From assembly GCA_013239625.1 (NCBI GenBank), contig MU053493.1, forward strand, positions 505,793 through 569,792: a stretch of DNA of 64,000 nucleotides. Reading direction: 5' to 3'. This DNA is from Lama guanicoe. Its lineage: Eukaryota. Positions 49,138-61,540 of the stretch are shown piece by piece. The position numbers were made by a program, and so were the translations under genes. The notes under the pieces were generated by a model. That model made no database searches. It saw nothing but the letters and a program-made list of their open reading frames with translations, and was not told the DNA's origin. Each line of letters begins with the position of its first letter. The stretch's first letter is position 1.

Positions 49138-50391
49138 CAATGTTTGGGTCTCAGAGTAAGAGACAGAACGAAATGACAGTTTAGGAACCATGAGTTAAGT
49201 GGGAGAAGTGAGTAACAGGAGGGAAAACGTGGCAGAGCAAAATCCTTAGGCTCCTCAACAGACTTCCCAAACCCTCTTTGGAGCTGTGAGCAGAGAGGAT
49301 AAAACCAGCACAATGAGACTTGTAGGGAAGCAAGTTCAGGAACCAGAAAGACAGCTCGAGAATGGGGTGGTGTACTCTCACGACCGCCCTCTCCCTCCTG
49401 TCTCAATAAACCATCCCACAGCATGCTCACCATGTTTGCTTCCCTGGAACAGAATGTGTACACATTTGGACATGAAACTTGTTTTCCCTAGAAGACCTCG
49501 ATTTCACAACTGGTGGTCTCAGCTTGAATATTTTGGTCTCTGCGTGTCTGAATCACATAGTCTGTCCTCGGAAGTCTACCCTTGTCCCACAGCCAGGGAG
49601 GGCTTCAAGAGATTAGCTGCCAAGAGTGAGCGAGAAGACTGGCAGCATCTGTGGTCCCTACTTGAGATCAGGGCAGGGCCACCCTGGCGCCTCCCTTCTG
49701 CACACATGACCTCAGGGAGGTCTCTTCTGGGGCAGATAGTTTTTCTTATCTTGTAAAACGTGAAACATGCCTACATTCAGACCTAACTGTTTTATTTTTC
49801 CATAAATAGATTAAAAATTTTTAAAAGAGCAAGCATGTCCACTGCAGCATTGTTTGTGGTAGTGGAAAAATTAGAAATGATCTTACTAGCTATAAATAGA
49901 TGGATGACAACAAAATAAGGTGCATAAGATACTGGCTACCATACAATTGATAAAAAGAATGAAAGAGTAATATATGGTGATTTGGAAAAATGATCTGCTA
50001 TTTGTAAAATAAGAAAAATTTCAAAAATAAGTTAAAAAGCAGCATTTGTATTTCTGTAGGCACTTTTGGGTATATTTGTAAAAGCATGGACCTTTTTGTA
50101 GATGCTGGTCACTTTGTAACAGTGATTGGATATTTAAGTTAAATGAGATAAGGGAACTGAGCATAGGACTCATTAACAGTTATACAATGCTAGACTGGAT
50201 GTTTGCAGCAACTTTTAACTATTTTTGTGATTTTAACAAAATTGGCCCATTGACCTCCTCCATTAATGTCTCCTCAGTCTCTCTCTCAGTCCCTTTTCTG
50301 AGTCTGTTCTGATCCCCTCCCCTCAAGTCAGCGCTGCTTGCTCCTACAGTTCCTGTGGATTTGTTAAAGCAGTTTGCCTCTTACCCAGCTT

Positions 50392-50410
50392 TGGATGACA
50401 GATGGCGCTG
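50392..50410 (+). promoter_or_regulatory. CTCF-like motif, forward
   Basis: TGGATGACAGATGGCGCTG, identical to 40473-40491. Confidence 0.62.
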
Positions 50411-52879
50411 TAACCTGGTTGGTGAAGACTATCCCAAGCAAAGATACCTTAACTACAAATGAAGATCATTTTAAAGCAGCAAATGTGAGGTGTTTGGTAT
50501 TCACCACCCCCCACCACCTCCTTCACTTGAAGTATACTGGTGCCCTTGTTTACAGGCATACATTTGAAGATTCCGGTGAGGGGGAAGGTTGGGGATCCTC
50601 TTGGGACTGAAAAATCCCCCAGACCTGGGATCCCACCCAGCAGACAAACATTTGAGGACCTGTTAGGTTGGAATCTACAGAAGTAGCTCAAAGTAGGAGT
50701 CCAGGAGAAGTTTGCTGACAAATTTTCTATTCAGAAAAACCCAGAAATATTAACACCCCACACCAAAAAAAAACCCAACAAAAACAAAACAAAACAAAAA
50801 CACACAAACAAACAACAAAGGGCACTTGAAATAACAGACTTTAAATGACAAGAATGATCAATTATAAAAATGTTCCTTCCAATTTTAATCTTGAATTTAG
50901 CTGTTTCTACACTAGGGGAAAAATCTGCTGTAAGTGGTTTGAGGGGAGAACCTTTGACTGCTGGTACCTGCAAAGACTTCAATTTAGAGTTTTTCTGGTT
51001 GATTACCTCTGGGAAACCATAAACATGAATGATGAGTTAAGAGGAAAATAGTTTAAATTTATGTTTAATCTAAGTGCACAGAGAAATATATTCAAACTAA
51101 TTAGAACATTCCAAATTGGATAAAGCTGAAACATTAAAAATACTGTGTTGCAACGTTTGGATCTCAAACATTTGGAAAAATGTAGCTAACTCTCTATCTT
51201 AAATAATTTGTAAAAATAAATCCCAGTGATCTAAAATCAGCAAAAGTTGAAAAGAGAAGCCATAGGCTTAGTGGACACATTTGCAACTTTCTAACTAGAT
51301 AATATAAAAGGCATCTACAAACTGGTAAGAGAAAAGGCTGAGGTGGCTACAGGAAGATGGGCAAATTATATGGAAATTCAATTCACAGCATCATGGAATA
51401 GAACAGAACGTATTTATTGGCAATTTTTATTTCCTGTCCTAAGATAATGTAACCAATCATACATTCCTGCCCTGAAGCCACCAGTGGACATTTGCCAGAG
51501 GTCAGGGTCACAGGTAAATTGACATTCTGGAATCAAATAATGTTAGAATAAGCAAGTGATTTTATTTTCTAAACAATTTTATTATTTTGGGTGGTGGTGA
51601 AGTTTTATGTTTAAAAATTCCTCACAAAGTACTGTGAGGAGATTACAAATAACAGACAAATGAGGAACATATTATTACCTTTGTCTACCGGAAGTTCAGG
51701 TTAACCAATATTGGGACCCATCAGTTTGTGAACTGAGTATTTCTAAAGCGATTACAGTGTTGCAGTATTCTCGGAACATGTGATCCATTCCTCTTATTCA
51801 ACCATAGAGATGGAGATGCATTTGTTTTCTAATATAGAACAGTTTTAGGCTCACCCTCACCAATTAACTCTTGACCAAATATTTTAAAAATGTAAGTTTG
51901 AGAGTCTAAGGGTCAGGGCACTATCAGCCGATGTGAGGTTCTCCCACATCTTCATAGTGCAGGAATGCAGAGACACCCACCGCAGGGACTTGCTGTGTCA
52001 TTTAGACTTACAGCTGGACCTATCCATCCATGAAACCCACTCTGGGCCCCCGGCCAGGGCAGGAATAGTCTGAGATGGTATGTCTTTTAAAGCCACCGAA
52101 GTATGTCAAAGATTACAATGTGCTCCTTCAGGATCACCAGGAGTTAGAAGGAGAATGCTTGGGGGTTGTCAGTTTCTTCCAGGAGCTCCAGTTACGTGGA
52201 TGTTCTGCGGCTCCCTCAGGAGAAAGGGGGGTCTCAGTAGAGAGGAGAGAGAAAGGGTCTCTCTCTGTGGTCACAGACTTTTCCTTTTCCAGTTTGTTTT
52301 TAAGGGATTTCTGGTTTTTAACCCTCCCCCCAAAGCCTTTCAGCGGTCTCCGTTGACCTTCGTGTTTTGTTTTTGTTTTTTTTTTTAGTCTAAGGCGCAT
52401 GTGTCACTGCTCACAGGACTTGACAGTGCAGCCGCCCCGCCCACCCAGAAGCCTTATCGTCTCCTACCCACACCCTTGCAGGCTCCTGGTCTTCCAGACC
52501 TTTCTGGCCAGGCCTCTTTCAGTCTTTTTTTTTTTTTCCTGCACTTTTCACGGCTCTGCCGTTTTTAAAAATGTGTCCTGTGTGAAGTCAGATTCCCCTC
52601 TGAGCTCATCATTCACCCCTTGGCAGACCACAGCTTCTTTTTCTTTTCCCACTGGTAAACCTTCGTCTGAGCTCCCCTCTGAGACCACGTGAAACCCCTA
52701 ATTCGGTTATATCCAGGCAGGCTTCTCATGAGCATACTGGGGGTAACTGGCAGGAGCCACATTTTGTTTGTTGACACTAAGAACCAGAAAACGAATTAGC
52801 CACCATGAACTCAAGGAAGGGTTAGAAGGCACGTGGGACCGAAAACAGCAAATGCAACATTCCACCTCTGGAGCCCCCC

Positions 52880-53035
52880 CTGCTCCCTCCCCACCAGGCC
52901 TGGCGCAGGCGCAGAGGGTGCCCCTGCACTGCACCATGGCAACTGCGCAGGCTCCAGAGGACAGCTCCCAGCAGGGGCTGGGGGAGGGGGTTGGGAGAGG
53001 GGGCTGGGAGGTCTGGGGGAGGGGGGTAGGGGCGG
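52880..53035. promoter_or_regulatory. NRF1-motif element plus G-quadruplex-prone tract, paralogue of the 47.4-kb element
   Basis: GCGCAGGCGCA 52903-52913, 'cccctgcactgcaccatggcaactgcgcaggctccaga', and multiple G3-G6 runs at 52974-53031. Confidence 0.55.
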
Positions 53036-54199
53036 TACCCTCTGCTCCCCTTGTCAACACTTTTTCTAGAAGCCTGAAGTGAGCTTTGCTGAAGGGGTGG
53101 GGAGCCTGTGGAAAAATGGCTCTGAACACCAGATTTCCTCAGACAAATGTAGTGAGAACCTCCTGGATTATACCACACCGAGTTTGACATTCGCCAGCAG
53201 TCCCTTCCACCCCATCCCTGTTCATGTCCCAGCTAATTTGGGCCTCTGGTCAGAGAGGAATATGGAGATGATCGGGTGCAGATACCGATTTTTTTCTCCT
53301 GGTGTTCAGTTAGTTCAGACTTCCAGAATCTTCTCATCATGCACTCATTTTATGAAAGAGGCAGCTGCCCTTGCTTTCCATGAGTACTGGGGACCATTTT
53401 ACTCTCTGTGACTAGTATCCCTTCCAGGTTTGCATGGTCAAGATATTCACTGAATAGCAACAGGGCAATTCCAATCTGGCTAAGACAAAGTCTAGCCGTT
53501 AAAAACACTTTATGGTAGGGCAGTGGCATGATCTGGGAGAGATGACAGGGAGGGACCACAGGAAGCTTCTGAGGTGCTGGTGTTGTTGTTTGGCTGGATA
53601 CACAGGTGTGGTGTCCTTGTGAAAAATTAGTGCACGTACACTCAGACTGTGCAATATTTGTGGTTTCTTTAAAATCAAAAGCAAATGCACCAGTAAAACA
53701 AACTAAAACAAGGAATAAACAAACAAAAAACTCAGCAGCCATGAGTTTAAGCAGAGGCATGGACCAGCATGGGTGTGCTTGCACAGACACGTGCTCCATC
53801 ACCCTTTGCCCCTAGACATCAGGATGGAGCCCAGACAAGGGTATAAGTAAGATCTTCAAGGCTGCATCAATAAAATGCGTGCTTGACTAAGACCCTTCCC
53901 AGCACAGAGAACTTCCTTTTCTCTTTCCCTCCACCCACCCATTGACCACACACCCCGCCTCCTCTTTATCACCAGGTTTGGGCTGGACACTAAGTTTTTT
54001 CAGACACCCTCAATTTCTAACGTTCTGGTTTCTACCTGGCTGCTTCATGGAGTGTTATGTGTTATTCATCCCATCCGATCCCCCAGCTGGGCTAGACGTT
54101 CTGGAGATCAACAGCTATGAATGAGACGTTGGGCTTACAGAAGCAAAGCTCACATTTCTGCACCCAAAACCACCATACCTGAGGTCATGCTTTGTCTTT

Positions 54200-54900
54200 C
54201 TGACTGTCTGATGCCAATCTTTATGCCTTTTGGTTAATACTGTTGACTATCCGCCTCCTAGTCATTTCAGAGTTCATATCCTCAATCAGGGTTTGTTGGG
54301 TCTGTTTATTGTCTTTGCTTGTGAGCATGCATCACATTTTCCTGTTCTCCCGTATGTTGAATAATTTTGGATTCTATCCTAGACATTTTGAATGATACAT
54401 TATAAACAATCTTGATTGTGATATTTTTCTGAATAGACTTTTTTTTTTAATCAGGCGTCTAATTTGGTAAAACAATAACTACAAACTCTGTAGTTTCCAG
54501 TGGGAACTGAAGTCTCAGTTCAGGTCTTAGCTGGATTGCTTGGAATCTGTCATCTGTGCCTACTTAGGGGTCATCCAGGAGCTGGGCAGAGTGGATAAGC
54601 AGAATTAGCCTCCCTCCTTCTGATTGTTTAGTTGGTGAGACCTCCTGCTCATAGTCTAGCTCCTGTGACACCCCGGCTCTATCCTGTGGTTTTTCATGCC
54701 AGTAATGCTACTGGTTTGGTTTTTCCATTTAAATTTTAGTTGCCCTTCATGGGCAGGGACTTGGAGCTGCCCACAGGCTTAAAACCATGAAACAATGGGA
54801 AACTCACCCAGCACCATATCCCTATAACCAAAAGTCAATTCCTCTCTACTATCTGCCTGCTCTGATTACTCTCCAGGGATTTCAAAGAGTGACTTTTATA
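54200..54900 (-). mobile_element. Ancient L1M 5'/ORF1-region remnant, antisense
   Basis: 'catcacattttcctgttctccc..ataattttggattctatcctagacattttgaatgatac'. A similar remnant lies at about 59930-60800. Confidence 0.55.
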
Positions 54901-54974
54901 TTTTACCTTATATTTCAATTTAAATTATTTATTTTATAAATTTAAAATAATATAATGCTAAAGTTTAATTTTTT

Positions 54975-55107
54975 TTCATTTTACTTTTTCCCCCCTTTTT
55001 TGGAGGAGAGGTAATTAGGTTTGTTTGTTTATTTATTTATTTATTTATTTATTTAAGGACACACTGGGGATTGAACCCAGGACTTCATGCATGCTAAGCA
55101 CACACTT
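54975..55107 (-). mobile_element. tRNA-derived SINE (camelid Vic-1-like)
   Basis: 'ctggggattgaacccaggacttcatgcatgctaagcac..ctgagctatacc' with a (TTTA)n tail and 'gaggtaattaggt'. Confidence 0.9.
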
Positions 55108-57964
55108 TATGACTGAGCTATACCACCTGTTGAAATATTTTATATTATTACAGAACAATTTAATATTATATTACTAATATGATAATATTTGCATTAGTAT
55201 GATATGTAATTAATAGGAAATATTTTAAATGTGTATATATTATATTTAAATATTTTAAATACATAGATTTATTTAGTTTTTGTTATCTGTGAGAGACTTG
55301 GTCCAATTGGAGACACTTGGTCATGTCCTGAAGCAGAATGCTTAGTTGGTGTACTTGGAACATGTGAAGAGAAACTGGTGGGCTGCCCCTAAGCTCCAGA
55401 GTTATATACGTCCAGGAAAGTCAGATGGAAACCTTTCTGTGAATATATGTTAGGGCATCCTACATAGAGATCCCAGAAAATTGTATGAATTTTGGTGTCG
55501 AGTGTGAGGAGGAGGGAGAGAAAGGCTGGAAGAAGACAAAGAACAAGGAGAAATGAATAACCTCAAACAAGGAAGGTCAAGAAGAATGTAGGCGAAATGA
55601 ATAACCCGGAGAGGACCATGAAGGTGTGGACTCAGAGTCCTCCCGCAGGGAGAACCATGTCTGCTCTTTCACCTCTGTGGCCTGAGGAATGAATCCTCAG
55701 ATTCACCTGACTGTCCCCCCTCGTCAAGAACATACAGTATTTTCTTTGCTTTAATAAGCAAGAATGATAAGGCACATCTTCCAAACTTCATTCCCAGCTT
55801 TAGGCAGAACCCCCTTCAGGGAGCTGGGGACCTGGAATAAGGAAAGTTACAGACAGGAAACATGGTTCTGTTCTATTTTGTGTTGTTTTGTTTTTTCCCC
55901 CTTAGAGATTGCTGTTCTTTCCATTTAGCCTTCGTAAAGCATCTAGACTCTCCAAGTGCTGACCTCACCCCTCAGGAAAATGCAGCATCACTTCTATTCA
56001 AGACTAAATTGTGGAAAACTTTCTTCTTTTTTCATTTAGAATGAATTTTGTTTCCACAATACCTTAGCTTTTGTGATGCCTCATTTCTCTTCTCATTAAA
56101 CATCTTTCACCATAACATGCAAAGTGTCTTCCATTCCACTGGCACCTCCCCTCAGGATGCCATCCACATGGGTGCCCTATCTGGCTGATTAGCACAGGAC
56201 AGGTAAGAGCTTGATGTGAAGCCATGCTCATATCATATTTGATAAAGGAGTGATCAGACAGCTGGAGACTGAGCACCAGGGAGCCAGGTTCTGTGCCCTG
56301 AGGGGAAAGGAGTGGTCCCAGAGTGGTCATCATGAAGGTTCCAGAATGACAGCTGGTCTTGTTTGCAAACTCTATAAGCATCCAGGAAACATACAGAACC
56401 CCCCTTATATCCAACATCTTTTTAAGTCATGCTGTAATAATTTCTCCAAAATCACAACTTACAATCGACACTGATTTTTTACATCAAATTATGAATCAAG
56501 ATTTGAGGATCTGGGACACACTCTTTAGTGAGCAGTAGTGTCGAGGTCTAAAAGTCTGAATAGATAAATGTAGCTTGCAGGACCCACAGCTCATAGAAGT
56601 GAAATTATATTTCCCTAACTCCAAAATCATCCTAAAAACCAGGTGGAACTTGAGGTGTCCTCTTAGCTAAAATCATCTGTCATGAGTTGACCACTCAATG
56701 CCTCCTTCAGGATCCCCCTACACCTATGTCCAGCCCCAGCACCCCACAGTTTCATGTAGCCAGAGGTGCTGGTAGTTGAGCAAGATAGTTTCCATAAAGC
56801 CTTATTAACTGAGTCCCTCCCATGTCAGGACATAAACCAGGAGGAAAGCAGCTGACAGAGAGCCCTACTCATATTTCTCAGATCTGGGCAAAGCTTTCTA
56901 AGATACATCTGTTTTCCTAATTCTGTCTTTATGAAGCTCCAGTGTCTTAACTCACTCCTAGCCGAATTCCAGGCTCTTTCCCACCACACACTTTTTAAGC
57001 CATAAAAAGTACTGAGGTCAACCCCTGAAGCAAATCAAGGAAATCTCCACCCCTAATAAAATAAAATAACAGTACCCAATAACCCAGTACAATAGCACTG
57101 CCACATAATTAAATCGGTAGAGATAATTAGTGTGCAAAGTGGACCACGCAGATGAAGCTCCAATGTGTCTAATCTGGTATTCTACATGCAAGAGCCAAGC
57201 AGTCACAATCAACTTGGATGGAGCGACAGGCAGGGCAGAGGGAATGGTAGTGGAACTCCTCCGCACCGCTCAACCCACCTCTTTCCTAACTCCTGACGCA
57301 GCCTCCATCAGTAGAGAGGTGCTGGTGATGAGCATGTGCCCAAACTGCAGCGTGAAGATGCACTTGATCCTGGTAGATCCTTCCCAACTGTCTGCTGCCT
57401 CCCTTTGTGCCCCGCCCCCTCTGCAGATACCTAATAACAGCTTTGTTCCCGGGAATATAGCTTATACTTGCAGGTATGGGTAATGCATTTAACAAAATTT
57501 CTGTACATTTTATATATGATCAAGTCATATTCTTGTATTCAGCACTGCATCCTTGGTCCTAGACCAGAAATGCTACTGAGGATCAGAGACTTAGATATGG
57601 GATTGCAGCTAGAAGGGCACACAGTGTGTACAGCTGATGACTGATGGGTGTCTGCAGAGCCAGACATTGCTGTTTCCCTCATACGTTCCTGGTGAATTCT
57701 CGCTTCACCCACCACAGTCTAAGCTCAGATTCAGTCTCCTTTCATTTTCCATCTTACAGCAAGGACTATCAGGTTTATCTATACTTTACATCCCTAAATT
57801 AGGGATGGCTGTATCCCAGTGTAACCCATCATGCTTTTATATAGACATAGTAACAGGTAGGCAGAGTTGGAAAGTTTACTTTCTGTGAAGATATTTCTAA
57901 GCCAGGGAGAAAACAAACAAAAATGTTAAGAATTGTAGGCACATAGGGAGACACCTGTCACCAA

Positions 57965-59850
57965 CTTCTTTTAAAAATCTACTTTATTGTTATAATTTAC
58001 ATACAATAAAATTAACCCATTTTAAATGTGCAGTTCAATGAACTTTAAAAATGATTTCACCTGTTTTAACCACCATAGCAATCAAAATAAACATTCATCA
58101 CTCCAGAAAGTTGCCTCTTCTCCCTTGCTTTCAGTCACCCCCATCCGTAAGGCGGAGGAAAATACTGACAAGATTTTTGTCACAAAAGATTAGTGTGAGA
58201 ACTTCATATGAATTGATCATACTGTATATACTCTTGTGTCTGGCATACTATTTTTCAGATTCATGTGATTGCGTTTAACAGCAGTTTGTCCCTTTTTTAT
58301 ACATGACTGATATTCTATTTATGGATATAACATGATTTGTTTACCCATTCAATTGTTGATAGAAATTTGGGTTGTTTCCTGTTTTTGACTATTATGAATT
58401 AAGCTGCTACGTATATTTCTGTAAGCTTCATTGTGTAGACATTGCTTTTATTCCTTTTTGGTGAATATCTAGGATTAAGATTGCTGGGTCATATGGTAAC
58501 TATATGTTTACCTTTACAACAAATTACCATACTGTATTCCAAACTGCCTGTATCGTTTTATGGTTCTCATAGCAACCTATAATAATTTTAGTTGTTCCAC
58601 ATCTGTGTCAACACTTGGTATTGCCAGTCACGTAGACTTTAGCCATTCTAGTGGGTGTGTAGTGGTATTTCAGTGTGGTTTTACTTTGCATTTCCCTGAT
58701 TATTAGTGATGTTAAGCATCTTTGTAGGGTCAGTTGGCCCTTCATATACAGTTTTAGGGAATGTGTCTGGTCAAATTTCTTCTCATTTTTGTTGGGTTGT
58801 TTACCTTATTACTGAGTTGCAAGAGTTCACTGTATGATCTGGATACAAATCGTTTGATAGATATGTTAAATGTAAACATTTTCCCACAGTCTGTGGCTTG
58901 TCTTTTCGTTTCATCAAAGATATATTTCAAAGAGCACAAATTTTAAATGCAGTTAAACTTATTAATTTTTAAACCATAAATCTTTGCCTAACCCAAGGTA
59001 ATGGGTATTTTCACCAATGTTTTCTTCTAGATGTTTTATAATTTCAGCTTTTATGTTTAATTTATGGTCCATGTCAAGTTAACTTTTGTGTATGATGTGA
59101 TACAAATATCTAGGTTAATTTTTCCCCATATGGATAACCAATTGTTCCAGCACAGACTGAAAAGATTCTCTTCCTTATTGAATTACCTTGGAAACTGTTG
59201 AAAGCCAATTGGCCATATATGTAAGAATCTATTTTTTGACCCTCCATATTCATATTCAATTAAATTATATGTCTATCATTAAACTCAGAACACACTTTCT
59301 TGGTTAGTGTAGTTTTAAAGTAACTTGAAGTCAGATAGTGTGAATCCTCCAAATTTGAACTTTTTTCCCCCAAAATTGTTGTGGTTGTTCTAGGTCCTTT
59401 GCATTTCTAAACAAATTTAAAATTAGGGTGTGCTTTTTTTTGCAAAAAGCTTGTTGTGATTTTGATTGGGTTTCTGTTTAATCTATAAACCACTTGAGGA
59501 GAACTTGATATTTTGACAATACTGAGGCTTTCTGTCCATGAATATGCTATATGTTTCCATTTACTTAGATTCTTGCTTAAATTTTCATGGCAATATTTTC
59601 ATTGTAGATATCTTGCAAATATTTTGTTAAAATATGTCCTGATTTCATTTTTTCACTATTATAAGTGGTATTGTTTCCAAAGTTTTATTTTGAAATTACT
59701 TGCAGGTATTAGATAGAGATGCAATAAATTTTGTATTTTGAATCTGTGCCCCGTAATCTCACTAAATTTGCTGATTAATTCTAATAGATATTGTGTAGAT
59801 TCCTCAGGAATTTATATGTGTATATATATTATCATGTTGTCTGTGGATAG
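57965..59850 (-). mobile_element. Ancient L1MB/ME fragment, antisense
   Basis: 'ttgctgggtcatatggtaactatatgttta', 'ttagccattctagtgggtgtgtagtggtat', and minus peptide KRQATDCGKMFTFNISIK. Confidence 0.9.
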
Positions 59851-60358
59851 GAGAGTTATTAACAACATTTATAATATTCATTTAAAATTTGATCTGCTAA
59901 TCCCACTATTTCTGAGTCTGACTGGCACATTTTTTGGTCCTAGTTATGGGTCATATTTTCCTGCTTCTTAGCATACTTGGTAATTTTTGAGTGAATGTTG
60001 AATATTGTGAATGTTTCTGTGTTGACTATCTGGATTTTGTTGGCCTTTGTTCTGACAGGCAGTTAAGTAACTTGCAAATCAGCTCAACCATTCTGAGGCT
60101 TGCTTTAAGGCGTTTTTAGGACAAGTCTGGAGTTGCTTCTACTGTAGGGAAGGTTTGCCTTTATTACTAATGAGTGACCCTTTTTGGGTCACCTCTGAAT
60201 GTTTTGTCATTAGATGAAGTCATTCTGCCTGTCTGTACCGGAATGTCCTCCAGCTCTGGGTGACGTCTAGGAATTGTTCAGTTTACAGTTCTGTGGTTGT
60301 TCTTTGCCACATAGTCATGGATTAGTAATAGACTCAACAGGTCCACTATGCAGATTTC

Positions 60359-60486
60359 TTTTTTAATTTTTTTTAAATTTTGGAGGAAGGTATTTAGGTT
60401 TATTTTTGTAATGGAGGCACTGAGGATTGAGCCCAGGACTTCGTACATGCTAAGCAGGTGCTCTAACACTGAGCTATACCCTCTCC
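60359..60486 (-). mobile_element. tRNA-derived SINE (camelid Vic-1-like)
   Basis: 'ggaggcactgaggattgagcccaggacttcgtacatgctaagc..actgagctataccc'. TSD ccactatgca(g/a)atttc at 60343-60358 and 60487-60502. Confidence 0.92.
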
Positions 60487-61351
60487 CCACTATGCAAATT
60501 TCAATAGCTTTTTTCTGCATATATTATTTCTTTCTTTGGTTACTATGGCCCATAAATCCCAGCCATCTCCTCCTCTGAGTGCTGACCTCTGCATCCTCTT
60601 ATGAGAGAGATTGTGGTTGGTTGGGGTGCTCCTACCTCCACTGCAGTAGGAAAATAGTTCCAGGCAGGAAGTGGAGCAACTGTGTTTTTTTCGTCTCTCC
60701 AGGATCATGTTCTATGCTGCCTCTTTCCACCGTTTGAAAATAATGGTTTCATTTTTTTTTTCATTCTAGTTTTCTAGGTGTTTATAACAGGAAAGTAAGT
60801 CCAGCCCGAGTTCTGGCTTAATGGATAGAAACAGAGATCCCACCCTCCTCCTAATTCCCGTCAGTCTTCCTGGGTGATGAGGGCACCTGCTGTGCACTGT
60901 AAACATAGCACAGGACCTGGAACCGTCATATGAGGACAGAGCCTTCTCAGATGCGCCACTGGACTCTGTGGTTCCCTGCACTGGAATCCCAGTGTACAGT
61001 CTTCACTTCTCATGTCTTTCACGGACTCACATCTTTAGTAATCATCTATGCTGGGGCAGATTCCAGTGGCATTGCCTTTTTATGATGCAGCAGTCCTCTA
61101 TTACAGGAACACACTGCCATGTGTTTATCTATTACTTCCCCCTTGATGAATATTTGGGTGGTGCCTGGATTGGGGCTATGATGAATAAAACTGCTATGAA
61201 TATTTGTGAACACATCTTTCTGCAGATATATTTTCATTTCTACTGGATAAACAACTAGGAAAGGGATGACGAATTCTGATCCTAAGTATGTGTTTAACTT
61301 GATAAGGAACTGACAATTTCCCAAAATTGTACTCAGTGGTTGTTTTCATTC

Positions 61352-61540
61352 TTTTTTGTTATTTGTTATTTATTTATATATATAATGTTTATATAATATA
61401 TAATATGTTATTTAATATGTTGTTTGTTTGTTTGTTTGTTTGTTTGTTTGTTTGTTTATTTATTTAAATAGAGGCACTGGGGATTGAACCCAGGACCTTG
61501 TGCATGCTAAACATGCACTCTTATCACTGAGCTATACCTT
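61352..61540 (-). mobile_element. tRNA-derived SINE (camelid Vic-1-like) with expanded (TA)/(GTTT)n tail
   Basis: 'gaggcactggggattgaacccaggaccttgtgcatgctaaac..actgagctatacc'. Confidence 0.9.

Noticed and set aside
35931..61540. tRNA-like A/B boxes at 35.9, 55.1, 60.4 and 61.5 kb as tRNA genes
   Set aside because: A/T-rich tails, flanking repeats and lack of a cloverleaf identify them as SINEs.
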